From Gammaproteobacteria bacterium (GTDB taxonomy: Bacteria > Pseudomonadota > Gammaproteobacteria > JASBUN01), in contig JASBUN010000031.1 of assembly GCA_030147845.1 (NCBI GenBank), positions 13,472 to 77,471 of the forward strand: a stretch of 64,000 nucleotides of DNA, given 5' to 3'. The translations under genes were made by a program, and so were the position numbers. This document shows, one piece after another, positions 32,367 to 42,794 of this stretch; position 1 is the stretch's first letter, and the number at the start of each line of letters is the position of its first letter. The notes beneath the pieces are model-generated. The model saw only the letters and a list, made by a program, of their open reading frames with translations. It made no database searches and was not told the origin of the DNA.

Positions 32367-33275
32367 ATGTCTACCGCATCTGAATACATCCTATACCTGA
32401 GCCCGTGGGAATTTTCTCCCACGGTCCTGGTTGTCACGCTGACAACCACGACGGTTTATCTGCGTGGGTTATGGGTTGGGCGCAGCGCCGGCATTAGCGC
32501 CAATCTATGGCGCTGCGCGGGCTTTTTGACGGGTGTATTGCTGATCTACGTGTCCTTACAGACCTACGTCGACTATCTCTCACAACACATGTTCTGGGTA
32601 CACCGGCTGCAACATCTCGTACTGCATCATCTAGGCCCATTTCTCATCGCGCTTGCCGCACCCGATCGAGTCTTGGCGCGCGGCACGCCCGCGTGGTTGT
32701 TGCGGCCGTTGCGCGCGCTGTTCAAAGCAGCGCCCATACGGCTCACGTACCGGCTGATCCAAAATCCCGTGATCGCCTGCGTGCTGTTCGTCGGCTTGAT
32801 CTACGTGTGGTTGACGCCAGCGATTCATTTCGACGCCATGCTGAGTATATTCTGGTACAAGGTCATGAATTGGAGCATGGTAATCGATGGGCTATTGTTT
32901 TGGTGGCTGATAGTGGGCCCGAAAAGCCGGTCGTCGAGAATAAGCGCCACCTATGGCACACGCTTGGTCATGCTTCTGGCCGTCACCTTGCCACAAATCG
33001 CTATCGGCGCCTATATAACGTTCCACAGTACGATCCTATATGGCTCCTACAATATTTGCGGTCGCGCCTGGCCTATATCGGCACTGGTCGACCAGCAACT
33101 AGGTGGTCTAAATACATGGATACCGCCCGCAATGATGAGTGTGGTTGGATTCGCTATCGTCGTGTCACAGTGGACCAAGGCTGAGCAAGCGCGCGAATAC
33201 GGGCCGCCGTTGCCCGTCTTTGCCGGTCCAAGCATAGTTGCGAAATTTGCGCGAGATAGCGCGACGTCGATTTAG
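32367..33275 (+). CDS. ctaG: Cytochrome c oxidase assembly factor (Caa3_CtaG family)
   Basis: HMFWVHRLQHLVLHHLGP, W..P, DQQLGGL..WIP motifs; multi-TM. Confidence 0.85.
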   Translation: MSTASEYILYLSPWEFSPTVLVVTLTTTTVYLRGLWVGRSAGISANLWRCAGFLTGVLLIYVSLQTYVDYLSQHMFWVHRLQHLVLHHLGPFLIALAAPDRVLARGTPAWLLRPLRALFKAAPIRLTYRLIQNPVIACVLFVGLIYVWLTPAIHFDAMLSIFWYKVMNWSMVIDGLLFWWLIVGPKSRSSRISATYGTRLVMLLAVTLPQIAIGAYITFHSTILYGSYNICGRAWPISALVDQQLGGLNTWIPPAMMSVVGFAIVVSQWTKAEQAREYGPPLPVFAGPSIVAKFARDSATSI

Positions 33276-33289
33276 CGCGCAAGTTGGCT

Positions 33290-33732
33290 GCGGAAAAGCC
33301 GAACAACTCGGTTGGACCGAAATAGGGATCTACAAGCGCACCGACGATCGCCTCAATCCCGGGCATCATCTCTCGCAACAATATACCTTCGATCTCGGCG
33401 TCCGTTTGATAGCGACGCGCTGATTCAATCATTTCCGCCACCGTTTGCTGAAGTTCCTTCGCGTCACTTATTCCGACACGCACAGCACCAGCTTCCGTTT
33501 TGTGCGGAAGCTGCGCCGACTCGAGTTTAGCCACAAGCGGAAATTCAATCGGACACTCCGACATGCTTTGAACTTCGGCAAGCGGTACCAATATCTCGCG
33601 TACCACGGGAATATCGTACTGGCGTAGAATCGCCTTCGACTGGTATTCCCCTAACGTGAGTTTGTTCGCCGGTAGTTGCAAATCGGCTTTGGGAATTTGG
33701 CGGTCAAGCTTGGCATCCCGCACCGCGCGCAC
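33290..33732 (-). pseudogene. Fragment of an acetate--CoA ligase (ADP-forming) ATP-grasp domain
   Basis: EYQSKAILRQYDIP, FPLVAK, PHKTEAGAV, E.IVG...DPYFGP. Similarity stops at ..FGF and the N-terminal CoA-binding domains are absent. Confidence 0.75.
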
Positions 33733-33918
33733 CTACATCGCTACAGTTTGGCGGCAGTCTGTGGAGTTAATGTCGCGGCCGAGCGAATGGAATATTATTT
33801 ACAGCTTATATAGCGGGCGGTAGCTGCGATTGTATGCTGGCCGGGCTAAGCACGCCGATCTTGATTGACTGCGCGGAACGCGATCAAATAGCGCTTCTAC
33901 GCCAAGGAGAGCGATATT

Positions 33919-34773
33919 GTGGGGTCTGCATCTACCGGAAAGAACATAGACTTCTTTAAAAAATATATGCCTCGGCATCAATCCAAGGCACCCAAATACG
34001 CAATTCTGCGCGAGGCCATCATCAACGCCATCGTTGATGGCTACTGGTCCGAAGGCGATCAACTACCGACCGAAGTCGACCTCGTCAACATCACACCTTA
34101 TAGCCTGGGAACGGTCCAACGCGCCGTACAGGGCTTAGTAGCCGATGGATTCATCACGCGTAAACAGGGAAGCGGGTCCTTTGTTGCGCCGTTACGCAAA
34201 CGAATCGGTGGCCCGTGGATATACCGTTTCCTCGACCCCGAGGGCGTTGAATTTTTGCCCATGTACACGCGCTTGCTTTCGCGGACCTTGTCCACCGTCA
34301 ACGATGCGAATATTACGCGTTGGTTGATCGGCAGTAGTGCGCGGGAAAAAGTACTGGTGCTTGATCGCATTGTCGTGATCGCCGGCAACACGAATATATT
34401 CAGCCGATTCTTTGTAAATCCAAAACGATTTCCGCTACTCGTCGAGATACCTGCCAGGGAGCTGGATGGCACCAACTTTGCTGGATTACTTCATCACACT
34501 TATAAGACACCGATACGACACATTGCGCGCACTGCTTCACCGGTTAAACTACCCGCCGAGATTTGTGAGCACATTGATTTGTCGCCTGGAACGCCCGGCC
34601 TCTTGGTCGAAATCGCCGCCAGCGCGAGCCAAACTCTGCCGATTTTTTACCAACAATTATTTATTCCGCCGGGGACGCCGCGATTGTTTATTTCCGACTC
34701 ACTTGACGAATGGATAGGAACGTCCGTATCACCTAACCGATGTGGATCTGACGCGGACAGCAAATACGCCTAA
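33919..34773 (+). CDS. GntR-family (HutC/UTRA-type) transcriptional regulator
   Basis: PKY..LREAI...GDQLPTE, SLGTVQRA, RKQGSGSFV. True start may be ATG 33967. Confidence 0.87.
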   Translation: MGSASTGKNIDFFKKYMPRHQSKAPKYAILREAIINAIVDGYWSEGDQLPTEVDLVNITPYSLGTVQRAVQGLVADGFITRKQGSGSFVAPLRKRIGGPWIYRFLDPEGVEFLPMYTRLLSRTLSTVNDANITRWLIGSSAREKVLVLDRIVVIAGNTNIFSRFFVNPKRFPLLVEIPARELDGTNFAGLLHHTYKTPIRHIARTASPVKLPAEICEHIDLSPGTPGLLVEIAASASQTLPIFYQQLFIPPGTPRLFISDSLDEWIGTSVSPNRCGSDADSKYA

Positions 34774-34811
34774 ACCGCCGGCGCTGATCATCCGCGAGCG
34801 CGGCCGATGTC

Positions 34812-36440
34812 TCAAGCAATTTTAAACCGGGTCATGACTTGTTGTAGACGGCCGGCCAGCTCCGTTAGTCCTTCGCTGGAATGGGCGATCTGTCGTGCGC
34901 CCTCGGCATTTTCGTCCGCTCCGCCTTTGATCTCGGCGATATGACGGTTAATTTCTTCCGCGACCGCCGTTTGCTGCTCCGTCGCGCTGGCGATCTGCGT
35001 ATTCATGTTATTTATAGTATGAACGGCCGATTCGATAGCAGCCAATGACTGCTTAGCGTCGGCGCCGTGTTGCAAGCTCGCTTGGGCTTGCTCTTGCCCG
35101 TGTCCCATGACGTTTACGGCTTCATCTACGCCCGCGTGCAAACGCTCGATGGTTTGCTGAATTTCATGCGTCGATTTCTGCGTTCGCTGTGCCAACGAAC
35201 GCACCTCGTCCGCGACCACTGAAAAGCCCCGCCCTTGCTCGCCCGCGCGGGCCGCTTCAATGGCGGCGTTCAGCGCCAACAGATTGGTTTGTTCAGAAAT
35301 ACTACGTATGACTTCCAGTACATTGCCTATGTTGTCGCTGTCGTTGGACACCCGATGTATGATGTCGACCGTTTTCGCCACCTCGGCCGCCAAACTTTCG
35401 ATGGCGGTAATGGCGGATCCGACTACGGTGAGTCCGCTGTCGGTCTGACGCTCGGCGTCTTTTGCCGCCGCCGCCGCGTCAGTGGTATTACGCGCCACTT
35501 CCTGCGATGTCGACGCCATTTGTTCGATTGCAGTAGCGACCTGTCGGGTTCTCGACTGCTGCTGATCCACGTTACTCGAAGTCTGTTCGGCAACCACTAA
35601 CGTTTGCTCCGCAGCCGTGCTCAGTTGCGTCGCCGAGACGGCAACCTCCTGCATCAGCTTGCCAAGCTCGACCTGAAGTTTTTGCGCGCTGGATGCAACA
35701 TGTCCGAGCTCGTCAGTAGTCGTGCAGGTCACTGGCAAGGAGAAATCGCCGAGCGCCATGCGGCTGAGATCTGCTTCCAAGCGCTTGGCCGGAGTGACGA
35801 TACCGCGTCGAATCAATAAAGTCGTAACGACGAAGCCAATGAGCAGAAGTCCCGCCACGAGGGCGATACTGATCAGCAAACCCTGACGCGCGCGCTGGCG
35901 ACTAAAAGCCGCTGCGTTCGCGGTATTTTGCCGCAGAGATTTACGCGCCTTGAACAACAACTGGCTCGGTTCTAGCTCGGCTCCCAGTACGAGTTGATCA
36001 CCGGCCTTGGCAGAAAAGTAATTGGCCTTAAATTCTTTCATGCCGATTTGGAACGTTTTCAGCATTTTTTGATAGGCTGCTGGAAACCGTTGCAGGTATT
36101 GGCGGGCATCTGCATTATCAAGCCGCTCGGTCAGTTTTTGTACGCCTTTTTCGATCGCGCGACTCTCGGCGTTAAACTCCGCACTGTGAGTTTTCAGCGC
36201 GTTAGCATCGTCCGTGCGCAGAAGCAGGTCTTTCCAGGTGATGATTTGTAGATCAAGCTGCGCGATCAACTCCTGCACATCGCGTTCATTGGCGACCGGC
36301 ACTTGCAACAAATGATGGTAGCTCGCGACGCTACCCCACAGGAGCCAAAATCCGAGAGAAACCGCGGCCAGCAGCAAGCTGGCGCCACTGCCCGTTACCG
36401 CTAGCAATTTATTCTGAAGGCTGCCTGTAATCCATTTCAT
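34812..36440 (-). CDS. Methyl-accepting chemotaxis protein
   Basis: Two TM helices, [38 protein letters not shown]. Confidence 0.96.
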   Translation of the reverse strand: MKWITGSLQNKLLAVTGSGASLLLAAVSLGFWLLWGSVASYHHLLQVPVANERDVQELIAQLDLQIITWKDLLLRTDDANALKTHSAEFNAESRAIEKGVQKLTERLDNADARQYLQRFPAAYQKMLKTFQIGMKEFKANYFSAKAGDQLVLGAELEPSQLLFKARKSLRQNTANAAAFSRQRARQGLLISIALVAGLLLIGFVVTTLLIRRGIVTPAKRLEADLSRMALGDFSLPVTCTTTDELGHVASSAQKLQVELGKLMQEVAVSATQLSTAAEQTLVVAEQTSSNVDQQQSRTRQVATAIEQMASTSQEVARNTTDAAAAAKDAERQTDSGLTVVGSAITAIESLAAEVAKTVDIIHRVSNDSDNIGNVLEVIRSISEQTNLLALNAAIEAARAGEQGRGFSVVADEVRSLAQRTQKSTHEIQQTIERLHAGVDEAVNVMGHGQEQAQASLQHGADAKQSLAAIESAVHTINNMNTQIASATEQQTAVAEEINRHIAEIKGGADENAEGARQIAHSSEGLTELAGRLQQVMTRFKIA

Positions 36441-36511
36441 GCTACATCCCCCGTACTATGTGCCCGCGCAGTGTACTGATTAGTAGCTATTCGGGAACCC
36501 GATCAATCAGT

Positions 36512-36538
36512 TGATCGGCCGACGTTGGAAGGACTTTA
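36512..36538 (-). promoter_or_regulatory. Sigma-28 (FliA) promoter of the MCP gene
   Basis: Minus strand TAAA-N15-GCCGATCA (consensus TAAA-N15-GCCGATAA). Confidence 0.75.
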
Positions 36539-37187
36539 CCCGCGCGACCGGATATCGGGGCAAGACGCCGCCGGACATAGCTGTGAACCTCAAAGACAAT
36601 GGCGATTTTGCGCTGCACGGATCAACACGGAAGACGGGCATCGACGCCGAATCGATCGCCGGCGACAGCACAAGGCTTGCCGGGAAGATGAGTGACGGCG
36701 CGGACTCAGGGCAATCGAGGCCTCACCGTTGAGGTGTTGACTGGTCAATCCGCGCCGCAGCACGTTGGCCGAAATGATGAAGAGGTGGCAAATCGCTTGA
36801 ACAATTGATTGAAGCGGTCTAGCTTCAGTGGGTAAAATACGCCTTGGTTCAATAATTTGTCGGCGGATGAGTTGGTTTCCCTGGCTGTAGCAGGCGATTC
36901 CGGAAACAACGCTAAACGTATAGCACCTAAGACATTAAGCCGGCTGCGTGCAATGATCGGATCGATGAACTTTTGCTTGAATCCGACCATTCCGACCGTC
37001 CAGCTTTCGGCTGGCGTGCCCTCTTGTGACAACGTCTGGGGTGTGGATCACGTCAAAATTATGGCAATATCGCGTTGATTTTAATGCGTAATACTCCGAA
37101 TTCGCTTACCGAACAGGTGCGCAGTCGGCATTCCGTCAACGCACTGCGCCGCATCGCTGATGATGCGCAGGCACAAAGAGTTCGCAC

Positions 37188-37826
37188 ATGACATTCCGCA
37201 TTCTGCGCTGGCTGGGTATCGCTGTGCTGGCAATCGGCTATCCGTTGCTCGCGCACTATACGAGCAAATCGGCGCACGACAGCAATCTCGGCGCGCTGGT
37301 GGCCATTGCCCCGGTGGCCATATTTGCGCTCATACTGGCTTGGCGTTCGAACCAACGTATTTTCTTGTTGGGTGTATGGGCGGTGGCCGGAGCGGCGCTT
37401 TGGGCTGGATGGTCAACCCTTGAGCACCACTTTGGTTTGGTCTATTGGCTGCAATACATGGCGGTACAATTGCTGCTGTTCATGACCTTTGCGCGCACTC
37501 TCGTCGGCGGACGCCAACCATTGTGCACCCGTCTTGCCGAGGCCGTACACGCACCGTTGACGCCGGAACACAAAATCTATGCGCGCCAAGTCACCATCGC
37601 CTGGACTTTATTTTTCGCCAGCATGGCACTCGTTTCTACCTTGCTCTTGTTCCTGACGCCGTTGAGCACTTGGTCGGTGTTTGCTAACTTTTTGACGCTG
37701 CCGCTGGTCGCAGTCATGTTCATTGCCGAATATTGGGTTCGAAGATGGATGCTTCCCGATACACGGAATACCCGTATTCTCGACGCCGTGCGAGCGTTCT
37801 GGAAAACCTCGGCGCGTCCGCGTTGA
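37188..37826 (+). CDS. Membrane protein of aryl polyene/xanthomonadin clusters (COG4648-like)
   Basis: YPLLAHY, FARTL...QPL..RLA, YARQVT..W..FF, W..FAN, EY.VR pattern, plus cluster context. Confidence 0.75.
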   Translation: MTFRILRWLGIAVLAIGYPLLAHYTSKSAHDSNLGALVAIAPVAIFALILAWRSNQRIFLLGVWAVAGAALWAGWSTLEHHFGLVYWLQYMAVQLLLFMTFARTLVGGRQPLCTRLAEAVHAPLTPEHKIYARQVTIAWTLFFASMALVSTLLLFLTPLSTWSVFANFLTLPLVAVMFIAEYWVRRWMLPDTRNTRILDAVRAFWKTSARPR

Positions 37827-38007
37827 TCGTCGAGAATTTTATCATGCCTTTATTACTATCGCTGATCCTGTGCCTAACCCGACGCTGTCTGCCGACATGG
37901 CGATGGCTCGCCAAGCTCAGTCCGGCTGCACCCCGTTTGCGTCACGCGCTTGCGTCGGCCGTCTTTCCGCGTCCACCGCTGCGGCTTGTCCGCTTGAATT
38001 TACCCAC

Positions 38008-38958
38008 ATGACTGCCGGCTCGAGAGACCATCGCACGCGTTGGGCCGAAACCCCCGAGCGCAGCAATATGTTGATGCTGCGAGTCATGGCGTGGATTTCG
38101 CTGCGACTCGGGCGGCATCCGGCGCGCACAATATTGCATTTGGTCGCCAGTTACTTCCTGTTGTTTTCTCCCCGCGGTCGGCGGGCGTCCCGGCGTTATC
38201 TCGAGCGAGCGCTCGGCCGGCCGGCGCGCTGGCGTGATCAGTACCGTCATTTTTTTACCTTTGCGGCGACCATCCATGACCGCGTATATCTGGTCAATCG
38301 CTGTTTTGATATCTTTGATTTTGAAGTACATGGTGAAGATCTACTGCACCAACAGCGGGACGGCAATAACGGCTTGTTCCTGATGGGCGCCCATCTTGGT
38401 AGTTTTGAAGTAATTCGCGCAATTGGCCGAAAACACACGAACCTACGTGTGGCCATGGTCATGCATGAAGACAACGCACAGAAGATCAACGCCATGTTGG
38501 CAGCGATCAACCCGGAGGCGGCGCAGGACATCATCGGCCTTGGACATATCGACTCTATGCTCAAAGTCCGCGAGCGCCTTGAAGACGGCTACATGGTCGG
38601 CATGCTGGGCGATCGCACGCCAGGTAACGACACTTTGCGCGCGGTAAAAATTCTTGGCGCAACTACGCACTTACCCATTGGGCCGTTTCGCATGGCGGCG
38701 CTACTACGCCGCCCGGTCCTATTCATGACCGGATTGTATTTAGGCGGCAATCGCTACGCCATTCATTTCGACACCCTGGCTGACTTTTCTACTGTGGCAC
38801 GCGAGCAACGCGATGAGGCCGTAAACACCGCCATTAACCGTTACGCGGCGCTGTTAGATCATTACTGCCGCTCGGCGCCTTACAATTGGTTTAATTTTTT
38901 TGATTTCTGGCAACCCGCCACCGCGGCGACGACGACGGCGACGACCTCCAAACCATGA
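38008..38958 (+). CDS. LpxL-like acyltransferase of xanthomonadin/APE-type clusters
   Basis: W...PERS, GAHLGSFE, MLGDR, GPF.MA, PYNWFNFFDFW. Confidence 0.8.
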   Translation: MTAGSRDHRTRWAETPERSNMLMLRVMAWISLRLGRHPARTILHLVASYFLLFSPRGRRASRRYLERALGRPARWRDQYRHFFTFAATIHDRVYLVNRCFDIFDFEVHGEDLLHQQRDGNNGLFLMGAHLGSFEVIRAIGRKHTNLRVAMVMHEDNAQKINAMLAAINPEAAQDIIGLGHIDSMLKVRERLEDGYMVGMLGDRTPGNDTLRAVKILGATTHLPIGPFRMAALLRRPVLFMTGLYLGGNRYAIHFDTLADFSTVAREQRDEAVNTAINRYAALLDHYCRSAPYNWFNFFDFWQPATAATTTATTSKP

Positions 38959-39566
38959 CACGATTGCTTTCCTATCTTATGATCCCACTGCAATACTCAC
39001 GTAAGTTGTTCATCGTACTCGTGCTGGCGTTATTGCCGGTAGTAAGTCATGCGAACAATTGGGATATCGATCAACTCTTGCACGGGCTTGCGCAGATTCG
39101 TACCGGCCACGCGCGCTTTGTCGAAACGAAAACCATCGCAATGCTCGACGCGCCCGTGCAATCGTCCGGTGAACTGTTCTACAGAGCCCCCGATCATCTT
39201 GAAAAGCGCACCTTAAAGCCAAAACCGGAAACCATGATCGTCGATGCAGACACACTGGTCATCGACCGTGGCGGCAAACACTATCGTCTGCAATTAGACG
39301 ACTACCCGGAGTTAGCCGCTTTTATCGAAAGCATACGTGGGACGTTAGCCGGCGACCGCAAGGCATTGGAACGCAATTACCAATTGAGCCTTAGCGGTAC
39401 AGCCGAGCATTGGACGCTGCTGTTGATTCCAACCAACGAAAGAATGCAGGAAGTGATACGACGCATCAAGATTAGCGGTATGCGCGACGCGGTGCACAGT
39501 ATTGATATACTGCAGGTCGATGGCGATAGTTCAAAAATGCTGATCGAAAAGCTGGCCGCGCAGTGA
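38955..39566 (+). CDS. LolA-like periplasmic carrier protein
   Basis: Signal peptide, F.E.K...L..P..SSGEL.Y..P..LE, W.L.L.P, DGD. Confidence 0.78.
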   Translation: MTRLLSYLMIPLQYSRKLFIVLVLALLPVVSHANNWDIDQLLHGLAQIRTGHARFVETKTIAMLDAPVQSSGELFYRAPDHLEKRTLKPKPETMIVDADTLVIDRGGKHYRLQLDDYPELAAFIESIRGTLAGDRKALERNYQLSLSGTAEHWTLLLIPTNERMQEVIRRIKISGMRDAVHSIDILQVDGDSSKMLIEKLAAQ

Positions 39567-41959
39567 GATTAACGATAATGGGCAAGGGCCGGACGGCCAT
39601 CGCATTGTGGTTGATATTTATTCTTACCAGCGGCGTCATCATCAGTCGCACCCAGTTCACCACCGATTTGTCGGCGTTTCTGCCGCGCAGTCCCACCCCG
39701 CAGCAGCAATTGCTTCTAGAACAAATACGCGATGGGCTCGCCTCGCGACTGATACTGGTCGGCATTGAAGGGTCCGACGCACCAATCCGAGCCGCGCTAT
39801 CCAAACGAATTGCGCAACAATTACGCGCTAATCCAGCCTTTGTCAGTGTCAACAACGGCCAACCGGTTAATGCCGAGCGCGATCGTACATTCTTATTCAG
39901 CCATCGTTATTTACTGAGTCCAGCGGTTACACCTGCACGCTTTAGCATCGACGGCTTACATACCGCGTTTAGCGATAGCATCGATCTGCTCGCCTCGCCC
40001 GCCGGGTTGCTGGTCAAATCGTTGCTGCCGCGCGATCCGACCGGCGAGATGGTGCAGTTACTCGGGCAACTCAACGGCGGCACACACCCGCAGCTAATCG
40101 ACGGTGCGTGGGCATCACGTGATGGGAAACGCGCCTTATTATTGATACAGACCCGCGCCTCGGGTTCCGATACAGACGCTCAGCAAGCTGCCATGACGGC
40201 CATCCGTCGGGCGTTCGACACGGCAGCCGGAGCAAACAAAAAAGTAACCTTGCTTATGACCGGCCCGGGCGTGTTTTCGGTAACATCGCGCCATGTCATC
40301 AAGGACCAAGTCACCCTTCTGTCTATCATCAGCGTGACGCTTATAGCGTCGCTGCTATTACTCGTATACCGGTCATTTACCGCTTTGGCACTAGGATTTT
40401 TGCCTGTAATCACGGGCGCTCTGGCGGGAATCGCTGCGGTCAGTCTCGGCTTCGGTTCGGTGCACGGCATAACACTCGGCTTCGGCACCGCGCTCATAGG
40501 TGAGGCTGTCGATTACTCGATCTACCTGTTTGTGCAATCACAACAAGGGGGCGCCGATCAACAGGACTGGATCAAACGTTTCTGGCCTACTATTCGTCTC
40601 GGTGTACTGACATCGATATTCGGCTTTGCTTCGCTACTTTTGTCCGGCTTCCCAGGTTTGGCGCAACTGGGGCTGTATTCAATCGCCGGGCTCGTAGCCG
40701 CCGCAATGGTGACACGTTTTGTTTTACCGCATTTATTGCCGGATACTTTCCGTATCCATGACGTGTCCGCTATCGGTATGCACCTGTCCGGTCTGGTACG
40801 ACGCGCCACCGCGTTACGTTGGCTGGCAGCCGCCGTGCTGATTGCGTCATGTGTTACTCTAATCGCACACCGCACCAATTTGTGGAACGATAAGATCTCG
40901 TCGCTGAGCCCGGTATCGCAGGCCGATGTCGAGTTGGATGCTCGGCTTCGCGCCGATATGGGCGCGCCGGATGTGCGTTACCTGGTGGTCGTATCTGGCC
41001 CAGATCGTGAATCGGTGTTGCGTTCCGCTGAACAGGTTTCCAAAGTGTTAAAAAAACAGGTCGCGCAAGGTCAGCTGGCTGGCTTTGAAAGCCCGAGCCA
41101 CTATCTTCCTAGCCTAGAGACTCAACAAGCCCGGCGCGCGGCGCTGCCTCCTGCTTCGGTACTGAAGTCCAATTTGCAGCAAGCCGTTGTCGGGCTACCG
41201 GTGCACGCTTCCCTATTCGCGCCGTTTCTAGCCGACGTCGCCAAGGCACGTACGCAACCACTCATACGCCCCGCCGATCTCGAACATACATCGATGGCCA
41301 TGGCGGTTAACGCGTTACTGGTTCGGCAACACGGTCAATGGAGCGCATTGTTACCGCTCACTGCGCCCGACCACAAGAATATCGACGCCGCCAATATTCG
41401 CTCGGCATTAAAGGCCGCTGGCTTGAAGAATGTGCTATTTGTCGATATGAAAGCTGAATCTGATCGCCTTTATTCGGGCTATCTGCATGAAGCCATTCTT
41501 TTGTCTCTGGGTGGCCTGCTGGCGATCATCGGATTGCTACTTTTCGTATTTCGCTCACTCGTGCGCGTGCTACGTATTATCTTGCCGCTTGCAGCGGCCG
41601 TCATTACCGTCACAGCCGGACTGGCGATACTGGGACAACAACTGATCATTTTGCATTTAGTGGGATTACTACTGGTGGTGGCCGTGGGATCCAACTACGC
41701 GCTATTTTTTGACCGGATTGAAAGCACACCTCGGGAACGGAGGCAAGTCGGCCGAAAAACATACGCGACAATCGGCAGCACCAATTCACCGCGTACTTTG
41801 GCGTCCATGTTGTTTGCCAACTTAACCACGGTTGCCGGCTTTGGTTTACTTTCATTTTCCAACGTGTCTATTCTGCAAGCGATGGGCGTCACCGTCGCCC
41901 CGGGGGTTATTTTGGCGCTGATATATTCGGCAATTTTCGCTCGGCATGAACATGGCTAA
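39563..41959 (+). CDS. MMPL/RND-like exporter (xanthomonadin exporter-like)
   Basis: TDLSAFLP, HGITLGFG.ALIGEAVDY, AVGSNYALFF; duplicated TM blocks. Confidence 0.85.
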   Translation: MRLTIMGKGRTAIALWLIFILTSGVIISRTQFTTDLSAFLPRSPTPQQQLLLEQIRDGLASRLILVGIEGSDAPIRAALSKRIAQQLRANPAFVSVNNGQPVNAERDRTFLFSHRYLLSPAVTPARFSIDGLHTAFSDSIDLLASPAGLLVKSLLPRDPTGEMVQLLGQLNGGTHPQLIDGAWASRDGKRALLLIQTRASGSDTDAQQAAMTAIRRAFDTAAGANKKVTLLMTGPGVFSVTSRHVIKDQVTLLSIISVTLIASLLLLVYRSFTALALGFLPVITGALAGIAAVSLGFGSVHGITLGFGTALIGEAVDYSIYLFVQSQQGGADQQDWIKRFWPTIRLGVLTSIFGFASLLLSGFPGLAQLGLYSIAGLVAAAMVTRFVLPHLLPDTFRIHDVSAIGMHLSGLVRRATALRWLAAAVLIASCVTLIAHRTNLWNDKISSLSPVSQADVELDARLRADMGAPDVRYLVVVSGPDRESVLRSAEQVSKVLKKQVAQGQLAGFESPSHYLPSLETQQARRAALPPASVLKSNLQQAVVGLPVHASLFAPFLADVAKARTQPLIRPADLEHTSMAMAVNALLVRQHGQWSALLPLTAPDHKNIDAANIRSALKAAGLKNVLFVDMKAESDRLYSGYLHEAILLSLGGLLAIIGLLLFVFRSLVRVLRIILPLAAAVITVTAGLAILGQQLIILHLVGLLLVVAVGSNYALFFDRIESTPRERRQVGRKTYATIGSTNSPRTLASMLFANLTTVAGFGLLSFSNVSILQAMGVTVAPGVILALIYSAIFARHEHG

Positions 41960-42755
41960 GTCGCGCTGGAAACCCTCGCCGCTGATCCGTGCGACAGTCA
42001 CGTTGCATATCTTGTTGATAATCTATGTAGCCTTCGTGCCTGCTCAGTGGCGCTGGGCACTGGGGGCGCTAGTCGCCAATCACGTTCTTCTTTCACTACT
42101 AGGGCTGTGGCCGCGTAGCCGTTGGCTCGGGCCCAATTGGACGCGCCTGCCAGCCGCTGCGACGGCAAGAAGTGAAATTGCGTTGACTATCGATGACGGC
42201 CCGGATCCGATCGTGACGCCAAAGGTCCTGGATATTCTGGATCACTATAGCGCTCGCGCGACGTTCTTTTGTATCGGAGAGAACGCAGCACGTTATCCGG
42301 ATCTATGCCGAGAAATCGTACGTCGGGGGCACACCGTGGAGAACCACAGTCAGCATCACAGCAAATATTTTGCGTTTATGACTCCCGCCGGATTCACCCG
42401 AGAACTACAGTTCGCACAAACGACACTGACCACAATTACCGGCCAACGTCCGCTTTTTTTCCGTGCACCGGCCGGCTTGCGCAGCCCATTGCTGGATCCC
42501 GCGCTTACTCGCCTGGATCTGCGCCTCGCCAGTTGGTCGGCGCGCGGCTTCGACACCCGTATTGGAAACGCAAAGCGGGTAAAAAAGCGGCTATTGAGTC
42601 ATCTTCGTGCGGGCGCAATTCTGCTACTACATGACGGTAACGCCGCGCTCACTCGCGAAGGCGTTCCGGTTATTCTTGATGTCATTCCATCGATCATGGC
42701 CGCCGCCACTGCTGCCAATTTGCGATTTGTTACATTGCGCCACGCATTGTCTTGA
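41946..42755 (+). CDS. Polysaccharide deacetylase (NodB-like)
   Basis: ALTIDDGP, ATFFCIG, ENHSQHH, FRAPAG, ILLLHDG. Confidence 0.88.
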   Translation: MNMAKSRWKPSPLIRATVTLHILLIIYVAFVPAQWRWALGALVANHVLLSLLGLWPRSRWLGPNWTRLPAAATARSEIALTIDDGPDPIVTPKVLDILDHYSARATFFCIGENAARYPDLCREIVRRGHTVENHSQHHSKYFAFMTPAGFTRELQFAQTTLTTITGQRPLFFRAPAGLRSPLLDPALTRLDLRLASWSARGFDTRIGNAKRVKKRLLSHLRAGAILLLHDGNAALTREGVPVILDVIPSIMAAATAANLRFVTLRHALS

Positions 42756-42794
42756 TTGGCAAATTGGTTGTGGTTAGCCCACGGAGACCCATCA

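Noticed and set aside
36511-37078. Short ORFs between the MCP and the halogenase cluster
   Set aside because: No recognisable family or RBS; the region looks regulatory or degenerate.
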